Below, one piece after another: positions 19,428 to 29,296 of a DNA stretch of 64,000 nucleotides. A program made the translations under genes and the position numbers. Numbering within the stretch: the first letter of the stretch is position 1; each line of letters begins with the position of its first letter. Where the stretch lies: positions 224,001 to 288,000 of the forward strand of contig CBDDEL010000014.1 in NCBI GenBank assembly GCA_965226885.1, read 5' to 3'. The stretch comes from Opitutales bacterium. GTDB taxonomy: Bacteria > Verrucomicrobiota > Verrucomicrobiia > Opitutales > UBA2987. Below the pieces are notes generated by a model. The model worked only from the letters and a program-made list of their open reading frames with translations. It did not search any database and had not been told where the DNA came from.

Positions 19428-20550
19428 TTAATCCGGCAATTGAATAGTAACAGTTAAGCGGCGTATTGAACATCCCGATGATGGAAGAGTTTTTTAATCA
19501 AAATTGGTTTTCGTTGCCTGCTGCGCAGGTGGGTTCGCAGACTTCCCTGCAACTCAATTTGGCTGCGCGGGGCCGGCAGGTTCTTCAAGTTGGCTTTGAC
19601 CGTGTTATTCAAATACTCATCGGGGTTCAATTCGGGACTGTAAGATGGTAGATAAAAAATCCCGATCCTATCGCGGTGGGCTTCAATCCAACCGGTTACT
19701 TTTTTAGCATGATGCACTCTCAGATTGTCCACAATGAGAAAGATTTTCCGGTTGGCTCCTTTGATTAACTGGCGCAGAAATTTGATAAACAGTTCCACAT
19801 TCAAGGCTCCCTTGTAAACCATGAAACGCAGCTTTCCACGGTTGGTTATAGTCGAGATCATGCTCGTGCTAAAACGACGCGCACTGCGTTTGGCAACTGG
19901 CGTTTTACCGCGCGGAGCATAACCTCTTCCCCGATGATCTTCGCTACTGATGCCGGTGATGCCGGTTTCATCTCCCCAGTGGATTTGGGCCTGTTGCGCT
20001 TTGGCTCTGGCTTCGATGGCCGGGTAAGTTTGATCAAGCCACTTCTTAATCGCCTCAGGCTGCTGCTCATAGGCTTGTCTTCGAGGTTTTTGTGGAGTGA
20101 AACCCCAACGGCGAAGATACTCGCCCACCGTGCGGATCGGCATCTTCAAAGCAAACTGCCTTTCAATCAACTCTTGTACCGCTTGGCGCGTCCACAGGGC
20201 AAAGGGCATCTTAAGCTGGTCGGGTCTCTTATCGGTAATCATTCGGCACACCATGCGCTCTTGTTGGGAGCTCAATCTTCGACATTGGCCCTGCCGACGG
20301 CCCCGTTGTCCAAGCCGCAGGGCTTTTGGCCCTCCATTTCGGTAAAGGGCCCACCATTTGCGCACAGCGCTGATCGATACCTTTAAAACCACGGAAACCT
20401 CTTCATAAGTGCAACCCTCTCTTTTCAGATCCACCGCCCGACACCTCAGCTCATATATAGTCTCTTCGCTTAGTGAACGCGCATCATTCCTATTCATGAA
20501 CCTACTTTAGCATAAGTTATTGATATGTCACTATTTATTTGCCGGATTAA
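19428..20550 (-). mobile_element. IS630-family element (type 1)
   Basis: IRs TTAATCCGGCAA..AATAGT.ACA, flanked by TA on both sides. Confidence 0.9.
19454..20497 (-). CDS. IS630 transposase (carries an in-frame 9-bp duplication next to the first catalytic Asp)
   Basis: WGDETGITGIS, IVDNLRVH, LPSYSPELNPDE. Confidence 0.9.
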   Translation of the reverse strand: MNRNDARSLSEETIYELRCRAVDLKREGCTYEEVSVVLKVSISAVRKWWALYRNGGPKALRLGQRGRRQGQCRRLSSQQERMVCRMITDKRPDQLKMPFALWTRQAVQELIERQFALKMPIRTVGEYLRRWGFTPQKPRRQAYEQQPEAIKKWLDQTYPAIEARAKAQQAQIHWGDETGITGISSEDHRGRGYAPRGKTPVAKRSARRFSTSMISTITNRGKLRFMVYKGALNVELFIKFLRQLIKGANRKIFLIVDNLRVHHAKKVTGWIEAHRDRIGIFYLPSYSPELNPDEYLNNTVKANLKNLPAPRSQIELQGSLRTHLRSRQRKPILIKKLFHHRDVQYAA

Positions 20551-20574
20551 TAGATGGATGTTAGATGAATTCAC

Positions 20575-21672
20575 ATGCAAAAAATAAGGGCAGCCGTTTG
20601 TTACGAATTTGGGAAACCCCTCGTGGTCGAGGAGATCGAGATCGCTCCACCACAGCAGGGAGAAGTCAAGGTGCGGGTGGCCGCGACCGGCATTTGCCAT
20701 AGCGACATTCATTTGATCAAGGGAGAATGGGGCGGCCCCGTTCCCCTCGTTCCGGGGCATGAAGTGGCCGGAGTGGTTGAAGAAATTGGCCCTGATGTTA
20801 TCACAGCCAAAGTGGGGGATCCGGCAGTGGTTTGCCTGGTGCGCAATTGCGGACGCTGCCATTATTGCGCCAAGGGACTGCCCCAAATGTGCTCGGGGGA
20901 TTTTGCCCTCGCCCGGGAAAGCCGTTTAAAGAACTTGCAAGGGGAAACTTTAGCGCCGGGCCTGTTCACGGCCGGTTTTGCCGAATGTGTGGTCGTGGAC
21001 CAATCCCAGGTCGTCCCGGTGCCGGTGGGTTTTTCGCTGGAGCGGGCCGCTTTGCTGGCCTGCGGGGTTGTCACCGGTGTGGGGGCGGTGGTCAATACGG
21101 CCGAAGTTGAAACCGGTTCCAGTGTTGCCGTAATCGGTGCCGGGGGAGTCGGTCTCAATTCCCTCCAGGGAGCAGCCTTGGCAGGGGCTTATCCCGTTAT
21201 AGCCATCGATTTACTGGACAGCAAGCTGGAACAAGCAAAAGAGTTTGGGGCCACCCACTGCCTGCGCGTCGGCGATGGGGACATGGCCGAAGAAATCCGC
21301 AAAATCACATCGGGTCGGGGGGCCGATTATGCCTTTGTCACGGTGGGGACCGTCAAGGCCATAGAGCAGGCCATAGAATTGGTGGGCAAACGGGGGACCG
21401 TTGTCATCGTGGGCCTACCGCCGGTTGACACCCTCGTTTCCTTTTCAGCCATGACCCTGGTGCGCGCCGAGAAGCGCATCATCGGCAGCCGCATGGGCTC
21501 GACCCGGTTGGCAGTGGACGTGCCTCGACTTATCGAACTCCACCAGGGAGGCCGCCTCAAACTCGAGGAATTGATCAGCGGAAGGTATTCCCTTGAACAA
21601 ATCAACGAAGCCATTGAGTCAATGGAACAAGGCAAAGCGCTGCGCAACCTGATTGTTTTTGACCGAAATTAA
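20575..21672 (+). CDS. Zn-dependent alcohol dehydrogenase (MDR family)
   Basis: CHSD, GHEVAG, CGRCHYC..C structural Zn site, ACGVVTG, GAGGVG. Confidence 0.92.
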   Translation: MQKIRAAVCYEFGKPLVVEEIEIAPPQQGEVKVRVAATGICHSDIHLIKGEWGGPVPLVPGHEVAGVVEEIGPDVITAKVGDPAVVCLVRNCGRCHYCAKGLPQMCSGDFALARESRLKNLQGETLAPGLFTAGFAECVVVDQSQVVPVPVGFSLERAALLACGVVTGVGAVVNTAEVETGSSVAVIGAGGVGLNSLQGAALAGAYPVIAIDLLDSKLEQAKEFGATHCLRVGDGDMAEEIRKITSGRGADYAFVTVGTVKAIEQAIELVGKRGTVVIVGLPPVDTLVSFSAMTLVRAEKRIIGSRMGSTRLAVDVPRLIELHQGGRLKLEELISGRYSLEQINEAIESMEQGKALRNLIVFDRN

Positions 21673-21699
21673 CCACGGTTTGTTCATATGTGATAGGTT

Positions 21700-23517
21700 C
21701 TAAAGTGGCCAGATGCGGGGAATCAGGATTATACTGAAGGTGAAATAGAGAAAATTCAGTGGAAGCCCGATTTTGGCAAAATCCCTGAATTTATAGCCTC
21801 CCACGCCATAGACGTAGGTATTTGTCTGGTAGCCGATGGGCGTTGAGAAGCTGGCCGAGGCGGCGATCATGGTGGCAATCAGCAATGGCCGGGGGTCGAT
21901 CCCCATATCGGCCGCTACCCACAGAGTAATGGGGGCCATCAGCACAATGGTGGCGTTGTTGGAGAGCAATTCGGTGAGTATGGCCGTGCAGAGATAAATA
22001 CCGGCCAATATTGCGTAAGGCTTGAGCGCATCCGAAAAAACGTTTTCCACCGCCGATACCATGCCCCCGGCAATCAGGTGTGCCGCGCCAGTATCCTGCA
22101 TGGCCAGGCCGATACCGAGCATTCCGTAAATAAGGAAAATGATGCTCCAGTCGATGGATTCGTAGGCTTCCTTCGTTTTGAGACAGCCGGTCAGGAAGAG
22201 AAAACCGCATCCAATCAAAGATACCGCCACAATGGGAGCCAGGTTCAATGAAACCAGCAGTATGATGGCCGCCAGTGTTCCCACCACCAGTGGCATCTTT
22301 TTTCGCCCGCTCTTGGCCGGGGTGGCCGGCCGGTCGAGCAATAAAATGTCGTCGCTCTTGCGCAATTCCTCGATCGCACGATCCGTTCCCATCAACAGCA
22401 AGATGTCGCCGAAATCAAATTCCATTTGATCGATTTTTTCGCGCACATTGACGCCTCTGCGGTGCATGGCCAATATGATCATGTTGAACCTCTGGCGGAA
22501 ATTGAGGGCTTTGACCTTTTTTCCGGTTAAGGTGGAGCGTGGGCCGATGACCGCTTCAACGATGGAACCCTCATGCGCGGCGATGGCTTCCAGGCCAAGA
22601 TTCATTTCCGCAAACAGTTCCAGGCCGTCAAGGCTGCGAGCATGGGCGAATCCGGAAGGCCGGCAGGAAAGCACCAGCCGGTCTCCTTCCGCCAATGGTA
22701 TGGTTTTGGGGTTGACCCTGAGAACCACCTCACTGCGCACAATTTCCAGAACCCTCAGGCTTTTCCCTTTTAATATGCCGGATTCATCCACCGTTCTGCC
22801 GACCAGTTCCGACCCCTTTTGAACGAACGCTTCGGTCAGAAATTCCTTTCTCTCCTCTTCGCTCAAAATCGAAGTCAGCGTCTCTCTTTTCGGCAGCAAA
22901 CGATTGCTGAACAAAGTCAGGTAAACCGTTGCTACCAGCAGGAGGGGAATCCCCACCCAGGCCAGCTCGAACATGGCCAGCGGAGGTTGCCCGGCCTCTT
23001 CCATAAATTCGCTGGCCAGGATATTGGTACTTGTTCCCACCAGGGTGCAGGTTCCGCCGAAAATGGAAGCATAGGATAAGGGTATCAGCAGTTTCGAGGC
23101 CGGCACGTCCATGGTGCGGGCTAGGCTCAGCACCACAGGCATAAAAACCACCACCACCGGCGTATTGTTGGTGAATGCCGAAATAAAGGCGACGGACAAG
23201 ATCATCAGGGGCAGAAATTTCCTCATGCCAATGCTGGCCACGCGGCTGAGAAAGCCAGCCAGTATATCGATGGCCCCGCATTTTTGCAGCGCCGTGCTAA
23301 CCACAAACATGGCCGCAATCGTGATCGGGGCGGGATTTGAGAAAACCTTTATCAACCTCTCCGGACCGGGCAATTTTTCCGCCCACGGCAGCAACCCGGC
23401 CAGCATGACGGCCCCGAAAAGAGCAATAGCCGTCAGGTCCGTCGGCAGCTTTTCCAGCGTAAAACTTACTACCGCAAACGCCAAAAGGAGGAACATAAAG
23501 GCAATTTCCCAGGTCAT
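21700..23517 (-). CDS. SLC13/CitMHS-type anion permease with TrkA-C domains
   Basis: SAFTNNT, GTCTLVGTSTN, two central TrkA-C-like repeats, SNNA, TPIGYQTN..VYG.GGYKF.DF. Confidence 0.9.
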   Translation of the reverse strand: MTWEIAFMFLLLAFAVVSFTLEKLPTDLTAIALFGAVMLAGLLPWAEKLPGPERLIKVFSNPAPITIAAMFVVSTALQKCGAIDILAGFLSRVASIGMRKFLPLMILSVAFISAFTNNTPVVVVFMPVVLSLARTMDVPASKLLIPLSYASIFGGTCTLVGTSTNILASEFMEEAGQPPLAMFELAWVGIPLLLVATVYLTLFSNRLLPKRETLTSILSEEERKEFLTEAFVQKGSELVGRTVDESGILKGKSLRVLEIVRSEVVLRVNPKTIPLAEGDRLVLSCRPSGFAHARSLDGLELFAEMNLGLEAIAAHEGSIVEAVIGPRSTLTGKKVKALNFRQRFNMIILAMHRRGVNVREKIDQMEFDFGDILLLMGTDRAIEELRKSDDILLLDRPATPAKSGRKKMPLVVGTLAAIILLVSLNLAPIVAVSLIGCGFLFLTGCLKTKEAYESIDWSIIFLIYGMLGIGLAMQDTGAAHLIAGGMVSAVENVFSDALKPYAILAGIYLCTAILTELLSNNATIVLMAPITLWVAADMGIDPRPLLIATMIAASASFSTPIGYQTNTYVYGVGGYKFRDFAKIGLPLNFLYFTFSIILIPRIWPL

Positions 23518-23633
23518 TGTATTTTATTCATTTATTCATTTATTGGGCTGATGGCCGCTCTTTGAGATTGCTTGCCGCAACTTGTGTTTTGTAACATCCT
23601 ATCTTAATAAAAAACCTGAACTTATCAAGAACC

Positions 23634-24167
23634 ATGAACGATAGAATTGAAAACATAAACCGCCGGAACAACGTGCAATACATCTACGATTTTTTAAAAA
23701 TTGTCCTTTTGGCCGCTGTTTTTCCACTGCTCGATTCTTCCCCGCTGGCCGCTGATGAAGTGATGCAATTGAATCCCGATGGAATTATCGAAATCACCGG
23801 CAATGACCAGATGAAATACAATGTTTCCAGCTTTGAAGTTACCGCCGGCCAGGAAGTGACCATTGTATTGAAAAATATCGGAAAACTGCCCAAAGTGGCC
23901 ATGGCCCACAATGTTGTCGTGGTGACAATAGGAACCGATGTGATGCAATTCGCCATGGCTGGGATCGCCGCCAAAGACAACGACTATATATCACCGGGCA
24001 TGCAGGACAAAGTCATTGCCAAAACCTCACTGGCAGGTCCGGGTGAAACCGTCAAAGTCACCTTCACGGCGCCATCGGAACCTGGTAGATATCCCTATTT
24101 ATGCACCTTTCCCGGCCACCTCATGGCTGGAATGAAGGGCTTGATGACCGTCAAAGCCGGCTCCTGA
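23634..24167 (+). CDS. Azurin/auracyanin-like blue copper protein
   Basis: NDQMKY, MAHNVV (His ligand), CTFPGHLMAGMKG (Cys/His/Met ligands), signal peptide. Confidence 0.9.
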   Translation: MNDRIENINRRNNVQYIYDFLKIVLLAAVFPLLDSSPLAADEVMQLNPDGIIEITGNDQMKYNVSSFEVTAGQEVTIVLKNIGKLPKVAMAHNVVVVTIGTDVMQFAMAGIAAKDNDYISPGMQDKVIAKTSLAGPGETVKVTFTAPSEPGRYPYLCTFPGHLMAGMKGLMTVKAGS

Positions 24168-24195
24168 ATCACCTTGGAATTTAAGCAGTTCTCAC

Positions 24196-24645
24196 TCACC
24201 CGGCGGGGGTGGGGAACCACTGGTAGAGGAAGAAATACACCAGAACCCCTGTCAGGGAGACGTAATACCAGAGCGGAAAGGTGACACGTGCCCAACGGCG
24301 GTGTTTTTCGAAATTTCCTTTCACCGCGAGGTAAAGAGTCCGCAGGACCAGGGGCACAATGACCATGGCCAGGATGATGTGGGAAATCAGCATGGGGTAA
24401 TAAATCAGGGGCCAGATTCCCGTGCCTCCGAATTCCGTATGCATACCTTTAACCAGGATTCGGTTCGTCACATAACCGATTAAAAAGAGGCAGGACAGGA
24501 AAAGCGCACCAGTCATGGCTATACGGTGGGCGTCCTTTTTACCCGACCGGATGAGCAGATAGCCAATCGTCAACAGGACTGCGGCGGCGGCATTTAAACT
24601 GGCGTTGACAGCCGGCAAACTGATGGCTGATAAATATTGGCTCAT
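24196..24645 (-). CDS. DUF420 membrane protein
   Basis: LPAVNASLN, HRIAM, FL.GY, LISHIILA, HRRWAR.T.PLWYYVSLTGV.VY. Confidence 0.88.
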   Translation of the reverse strand: MSQYLSAISLPAVNASLNAAAAVLLTIGYLLIRSGKKDAHRIAMTGALFLSCLFLIGYVTNRILVKGMHTEFGGTGIWPLIYYPMLISHIILAMVIVPLVLRTLYLAVKGNFEKHRRWARVTFPLWYYVSLTGVLVYFFLYQWFPTPAG

Positions 24646-26936
24646 TGGGAAGAGGATTCAGGTTCCGCCTGCGATGATGTTTCGAATTGTTTGATTAAGG
24701 CTTTGAGCTTTTTGGCCTGGTGGATTTTTGGGTTCAATTGGAGCGCTTTTTTCATGTGTTCAACACCTTTCTTTGTTTGACCCATCTCATTGTAAAGAAC
24801 AAGGCCCAAGTATTTTTGGGCGTTGTCCCAGTTTTCGTCGGCCTCAACAGCCTTGAGATGCTGTTCCGCCGCTTCCTCGTGAAGCCCGAATTCCGTAGCC
24901 AGGCGCCCATGAAAAAAATGAAACGATCGATTGCCAGGCGTTGACGATGTAGCCAGGCGGTATTCTTCCAGAGCCTCCTCTTTTTTGCCCTTGGCCAGGA
25001 GAACCCGCCCCAGTATGCGGTGCACCCAGCCCTCGTAGGGCACAATTTTGGCTGCGTGGGAAAGGGTGGCAATGGCTTTGTCGTAGGCCCTTAAATTTTC
25101 ATAGCATTGCCCCAGGTAAAACAAGGCCGAGGGGGAGTTCGGAAAATAACCGACATAACGCTCCAGGATTTCCTTGGCCTCCTTATATTTATGGGACTTG
25201 AGGAGGGCTGCGCCACTCGCATTTAGTGTGTCCGCCCGATAGGGATTGTGCTTTCTGACTTTTTCACCGAAGCGTATGGCATTCTTCCAATCCTGCTGAT
25301 CAATGGAAAACCGCTGGTATTCATAAAACCCATCCGCCTTTACCCAGCGGTGTTGCAGTGCCCCCCAGTATATCGCCAAAAGAATCGAAATGGCCGCACA
25401 CCCGACGGCCAGAAGGGTATGACTAAGTGTCCAAAGAGTCTCACCGCCTTTGTCATTGATTTGCTTCTTCCCGGGCCAGGGAGTTAATCGTACCAATAAA
25501 GCGATGTGCACAGCGATTAAATAGGGTGGAGTGGCCCGATAAAATGGAGAGCTGAAACAAGCCACCAGACCTATTCCCAACAGGGCGACCAGATGGTTGA
25601 TGGCCATTAAGCGGCTGGATTTTCCCTCCTCTAGAAAAAACACGCGCCAGCTCATCTTAAATAATAGAAAACCAGACCACAACAATACCAAAAAACCTGG
25701 TATGCCCAGTTCCGCCGCCAGTTGAATAAAATCGTTATGGGCATATCGTGGCGCTTTAAACAGATTCAGTTCATTGTCCTCCCTTTGCGCCTCGTGGTAG
25801 TTGGGATATTGCGCCCGGAAATTTTGCACACCGATCCCGGTTAGAGGATGATCCTCAATCATTTTCAGGGTATTTTCCCAATAGATGAGACGAAACCGCA
25901 TCGACGAAGTGTTGGTCAATTTGGCGAGTCTCTGCTTTTTATCAGGCGCCGGTTTTTCACTTTTCGCCACTGTTTCGGTCTGGGCTCGAACTTTTTTTTC
26001 ATGTTTTAAATTCGGCAGGTAAGCCACGCAAAAGACCGCCATGACAGCTATCGCAAAAGCGCCAATTTTTTTAAAATCCATCCGGTGAACCGAATTGTGC
26101 CTCAAGCGATCCCAAAGAAAATACGCTCCCAGGAAGAAAAATTGACAACTAATCGCCAACCATGCGGCGCGCGTAACCGTAAAATAAACAAATATCAGCA
26201 TAGCGGCCAGAACCGTCGCGCTGATCCAGGTAAAAATTTTGCCTCGGCAGGTCCCGAGTATTAACATAGCCGCCGGGAGCGTGCCCACCACATAATGCGT
26301 GGCCATGTTTCGGTTGGCGAACGTAGCTGCCGGTGAAGCGTTCTGGTGAACCCAATCGAGGCCGATCAAATACTGTAGAATACCCATCGCGGAAACGAGA
26401 AACCCCGATAGCAAAAGGCAGCTCATCAATTGAATATTGCGTTTCGGTCGATGGAGCAACTGGACGGCTAGAAAAAATACAAGACCGCAAGCGAACCAAT
26501 GAATCCACTGCACTAAACTCAAATATGCATAATTAGACAGGAGTATGTTCAGGCCGCCCCAGGCGAAACCAACGCCCAAAGGAAGATACAATGGGCACTT
26601 CAACACGGAAAAGGATTTTTCCCGGCGGCAATGGAGCAGCCAGACCGCCAGCAGGACCAGAACCCCAAGTTGCAGAAAAATGGTTTTCGGGTAATTGGCA
26701 TAATCGAAAGTAGTTTGAAAAATGGGAAAAGGTAGTAGCAGGGCGACGGCTAAAAAGAGCGCCCAGCAAAGTTTTTCCAGCACCGGCACCCTTTCCAGGA
26801 CTGGCCTTCCCGTTTTTTTTTCGATCTCCCGCTTAACCAGTTCCAGGGGCAGCTTTAAATCCCCAGCAATAGTCTCCGCCGGTTTGCGCGTTGCGGACCG
26901 TTCAATGTATTTACGTTTTTTGTTGGACAGCTCCAT
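24642..26936 (-). CDS. HTH-like/O-antigen ligase (Wzy_C)/TPR membrane protein, paralog 1
   Basis: Multiple TM helices, ATFANRN, TRAAW, GIGVQNF, AHNDFIQLAAELG, C-terminal TPRs. Confidence 0.85.
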   Translation of the reverse strand: MELSNKKRKYIERSATRKPAETIAGDLKLPLELVKREIEKKTGRPVLERVPVLEKLCWALFLAVALLLPFPIFQTTFDYANYPKTIFLQLGVLVLLAVWLLHCRREKSFSVLKCPLYLPLGVGFAWGGLNILLSNYAYLSLVQWIHWFACGLVFFLAVQLLHRPKRNIQLMSCLLLSGFLVSAMGILQYLIGLDWVHQNASPAATFANRNMATHYVVGTLPAAMLILGTCRGKIFTWISATVLAAMLIFVYFTVTRAAWLAISCQFFFLGAYFLWDRLRHNSVHRMDFKKIGAFAIAVMAVFCVAYLPNLKHEKKVRAQTETVAKSEKPAPDKKQRLAKLTNTSSMRFRLIYWENTLKMIEDHPLTGIGVQNFRAQYPNYHEAQREDNELNLFKAPRYAHNDFIQLAAELGIPGFLVLLWSGFLLFKMSWRVFFLEEGKSSRLMAINHLVALLGIGLVACFSSPFYRATPPYLIAVHIALLVRLTPWPGKKQINDKGGETLWTLSHTLLAVGCAAISILLAIYWGALQHRWVKADGFYEYQRFSIDQQDWKNAIRFGEKVRKHNPYRADTLNASGAALLKSHKYKEAKEILERYVGYFPNSPSALFYLGQCYENLRAYDKAIATLSHAAKIVPYEGWVHRILGRVLLAKGKKEEALEEYRLATSSTPGNRSFHFFHGRLATEFGLHEEAAEQHLKAVEADENWDNAQKYLGLVLYNEMGQTKKGVEHMKKALQLNPKIHQAKKLKALIKQFETSSQAEPESSSQ

Positions 26937-26961
26937 TAACCGATATGCATTCAGAAATTAA

Positions 26962-29277
26962 TTAACTACCCTCCGCTTTTTGGGAGGTCTTTTCAAATTC
27001 GGCAATGATTTTCCGAAGACTTTCCGCATCTCTCTGTTTCGGATTAACCTCCAGGGAAGCTTTCAGGTGTCGAATGCCTTCCTCTTTCCTTTTCAATCCA
27101 TAATAAAGTGAATAGCCCAAATATTTGTGGGCTAGATCAAAAGCATTGTCTAGTTTGACGGATTCCAGCAGAGCCCTGGCTGCTTCTGCATACTTTTTTT
27201 CTTTGTAGGCATAATAACCGAAGTTGTAATGGTAGAGATTTTTTTCGGGAGTATATTGGGCCGCCATACGAAAGCTTTCCATCGCCTCCCTGTCTTTTCC
27301 TTGCGCTCCCAGGACTTGACCCAACAGGTAGTGGATGCTGCCGTCTCTCAAGGAGTATGCGGCTGCCTTGCGGGCGGATTCAAGGGCTTTGTCCATTTTT
27401 CCCATCTTGTAATAAATGGTGGCCTGATGGTAGAAGTTTCCGGCGTCATGGGGAGAAAGACGACCCACTTTTGTCAGATATTCGATGGCTGCATCCAACT
27501 CCCCAAGGGCCAGGTGCGCCCTTCCAATGTAGTTCAGGGTGTCTTTGCGGTAGGGATTGAAAGAGCGCACTTTCTCTCCATAAACAATCGCGTTTTCCCA
27601 GCTTTGCTTGCTGATCGACCTCCTTTGCAGGCTGATGTAACGATCCGCCCACAACCACTTAATCTGTAGGTAACCGAACCCGCCCAAGGCCATCAGGGCA
27701 ATCGTCAATGCTGCATAAAAACGGGGTCCGGATCGATAAATGCGTGGGAAAGCGGCTCCGGTTGATTTCCCTTCTTTTTCCGTTGGGCCGATGCTGCATA
27801 TCCGTGCCAGCACGGCAGCGTAAAGGCCAAAAATGAGCGGCGGTATGGCGCTATAGAGAGGAAAACTGAAGAGAGCATTGACCGACATCCCGGCCACGGC
27901 CGTCAATCCAGCCGCAGCTATAAGCCGGTCATCCTCCCGGCTGCCGGAACCGAGAAGCCGTTTTGCCATACGGAGAAATTCCCAGGCCATCCAGAGTATT
28001 AAAAAAAATCCCGCCAGCCCCAATTCCGCCGTTAGTTGAAGGTAATCGTTATGGGCCTGGTAGCGGTGCCGGTAGATGACCAATTTGTCTTCGCTCTCAA
28101 CTTCATTCATTGTGGCGGGGAAAAATAATCGATAATTTTGCACCCCCACCCCGATCCAGGGGCGATCCCTGATCATGCGCAGGGAATTGCTCCAGACAAA
28201 AAATCGGTCCTTGATCGATTTATGAGATTTTCGCAGTTGCCCAGTCGCCCTGGTTCCATCTTCGACACTGGTGCCGGAATCCCACATGCCGGAGATGCGG
28301 TAATAGATTTTTTTTTCACGAAATTCCCAACCATTGGGGCCGAGGTGAGTCAATATTGCCAGGAGGGCCAATGCCCCCGCCAAGGCGCAGGATTTGTTTC
28401 TATTCAAAGCTCGTTTGGTTTTCCTCACAAAACGATTGTGCAGCCAATAGAGCGCGAAAAGTCCCGTTTCCATCGTCAGGCAAACCCAGGCGGCTCTCGT
28501 GAATGTGTAAAAAGTGTAGGCCGCCATGATCGTTCCGGCCATCGCCCACACCCACACGGAGGCCGAGGCCGTCCTTGGAGCGGAAAAAAACAGATAGACC
28601 GTGGCCGGAAATGCCATCACGATAAAATGCCCGGCCATGTTGCGATTGGCAAAAGTGGCGGCGGGCTTCGCCGTTTGCCCCACCCAGTCTACCCCCAGCA
28701 AATGCTGCAGGATTCCCAAAAACGATATGAGCATTGCGGACAGGGCCAGGACTTTCAAAAAGCTCTCCCAACGGTCTTTGTTGCGAAACTCCTGCGCCGC
28801 CAAAAAGAACAGCACGGCGCAGGCGGCCCAATTCGACCATTGGGAAAATGCCAGAAACCGGTAGGTGGTCCAGATTTGTGAAATGAGCGACCAACCGATA
28901 AAAAAGGCCAGAGGCAGATAGAGCCGGTTTGAATAAATTTCCACCGTGCGGTTCCGGCCGCAGTTGATGGCCAGCCAGATCGTCAGAAGGAGGAGCGCGC
29001 CCACTCCGATAAAGGCTTTTTTGGGCAAATCGCTGTAATCGGTGATCCCGTTGATAAGGATGAAAGGCGCCAGAAACATGAGGGCCAGGATGAGCCGGAA
29101 AAGCAAGCTTTCACGCAGTGGTTGGCCGACGGCTTTGTCCTTGTTTCCTCCTGCCACCAGATGCAGTTCCGCTTTGACTTCTTCCGGTGACAAGCCCAGG
29201 TCCCGGGCAATCTCGGCCACCGGTTTTCGCCCCGCGTGGCGTTTGATGTATTTTCGTTTTTTATTGGAAATCGCCAT
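26962..29277 (-). CDS. HTH-like/O-antigen ligase/TPR membrane protein, paralog 2
   Basis: Start at MAISNKKRKY by alignment with paralogs. ATFANRN, TRAAW, GVGVQNY, AHNDYLQLTAELG, FSFP, TPRs. Confidence 0.85.
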   Translation of the reverse strand: MAISNKKRKYIKRHAGRKPVAEIARDLGLSPEEVKAELHLVAGGNKDKAVGQPLRESLLFRLILALMFLAPFILINGITDYSDLPKKAFIGVGALLLLTIWLAINCGRNRTVEIYSNRLYLPLAFFIGWSLISQIWTTYRFLAFSQWSNWAACAVLFFLAAQEFRNKDRWESFLKVLALSAMLISFLGILQHLLGVDWVGQTAKPAATFANRNMAGHFIVMAFPATVYLFFSAPRTASASVWVWAMAGTIMAAYTFYTFTRAAWVCLTMETGLFALYWLHNRFVRKTKRALNRNKSCALAGALALLAILTHLGPNGWEFREKKIYYRISGMWDSGTSVEDGTRATGQLRKSHKSIKDRFFVWSNSLRMIRDRPWIGVGVQNYRLFFPATMNEVESEDKLVIYRHRYQAHNDYLQLTAELGLAGFFLILWMAWEFLRMAKRLLGSGSREDDRLIAAAGLTAVAGMSVNALFSFPLYSAIPPLIFGLYAAVLARICSIGPTEKEGKSTGAAFPRIYRSGPRFYAALTIALMALGGFGYLQIKWLWADRYISLQRRSISKQSWENAIVYGEKVRSFNPYRKDTLNYIGRAHLALGELDAAIEYLTKVGRLSPHDAGNFYHQATIYYKMGKMDKALESARKAAAYSLRDGSIHYLLGQVLGAQGKDREAMESFRMAAQYTPEKNLYHYNFGYYAYKEKKYAEAARALLESVKLDNAFDLAHKYLGYSLYYGLKRKEEGIRHLKASLEVNPKQRDAESLRKIIAEFEKTSQKAEGS

Positions 29278-29296
29278 GTCCGTTCGGCGCAAAGCC

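Noticed and set aside
26900..26936. KKRK motif resembling a eukaryotic nuclear localisation signal
   Set aside because: It lies on a polytopic inner-membrane protein, and three paralogs have KKLK or KKIK. It is better explained as helix 1 of the cap or the positive-inside rule.
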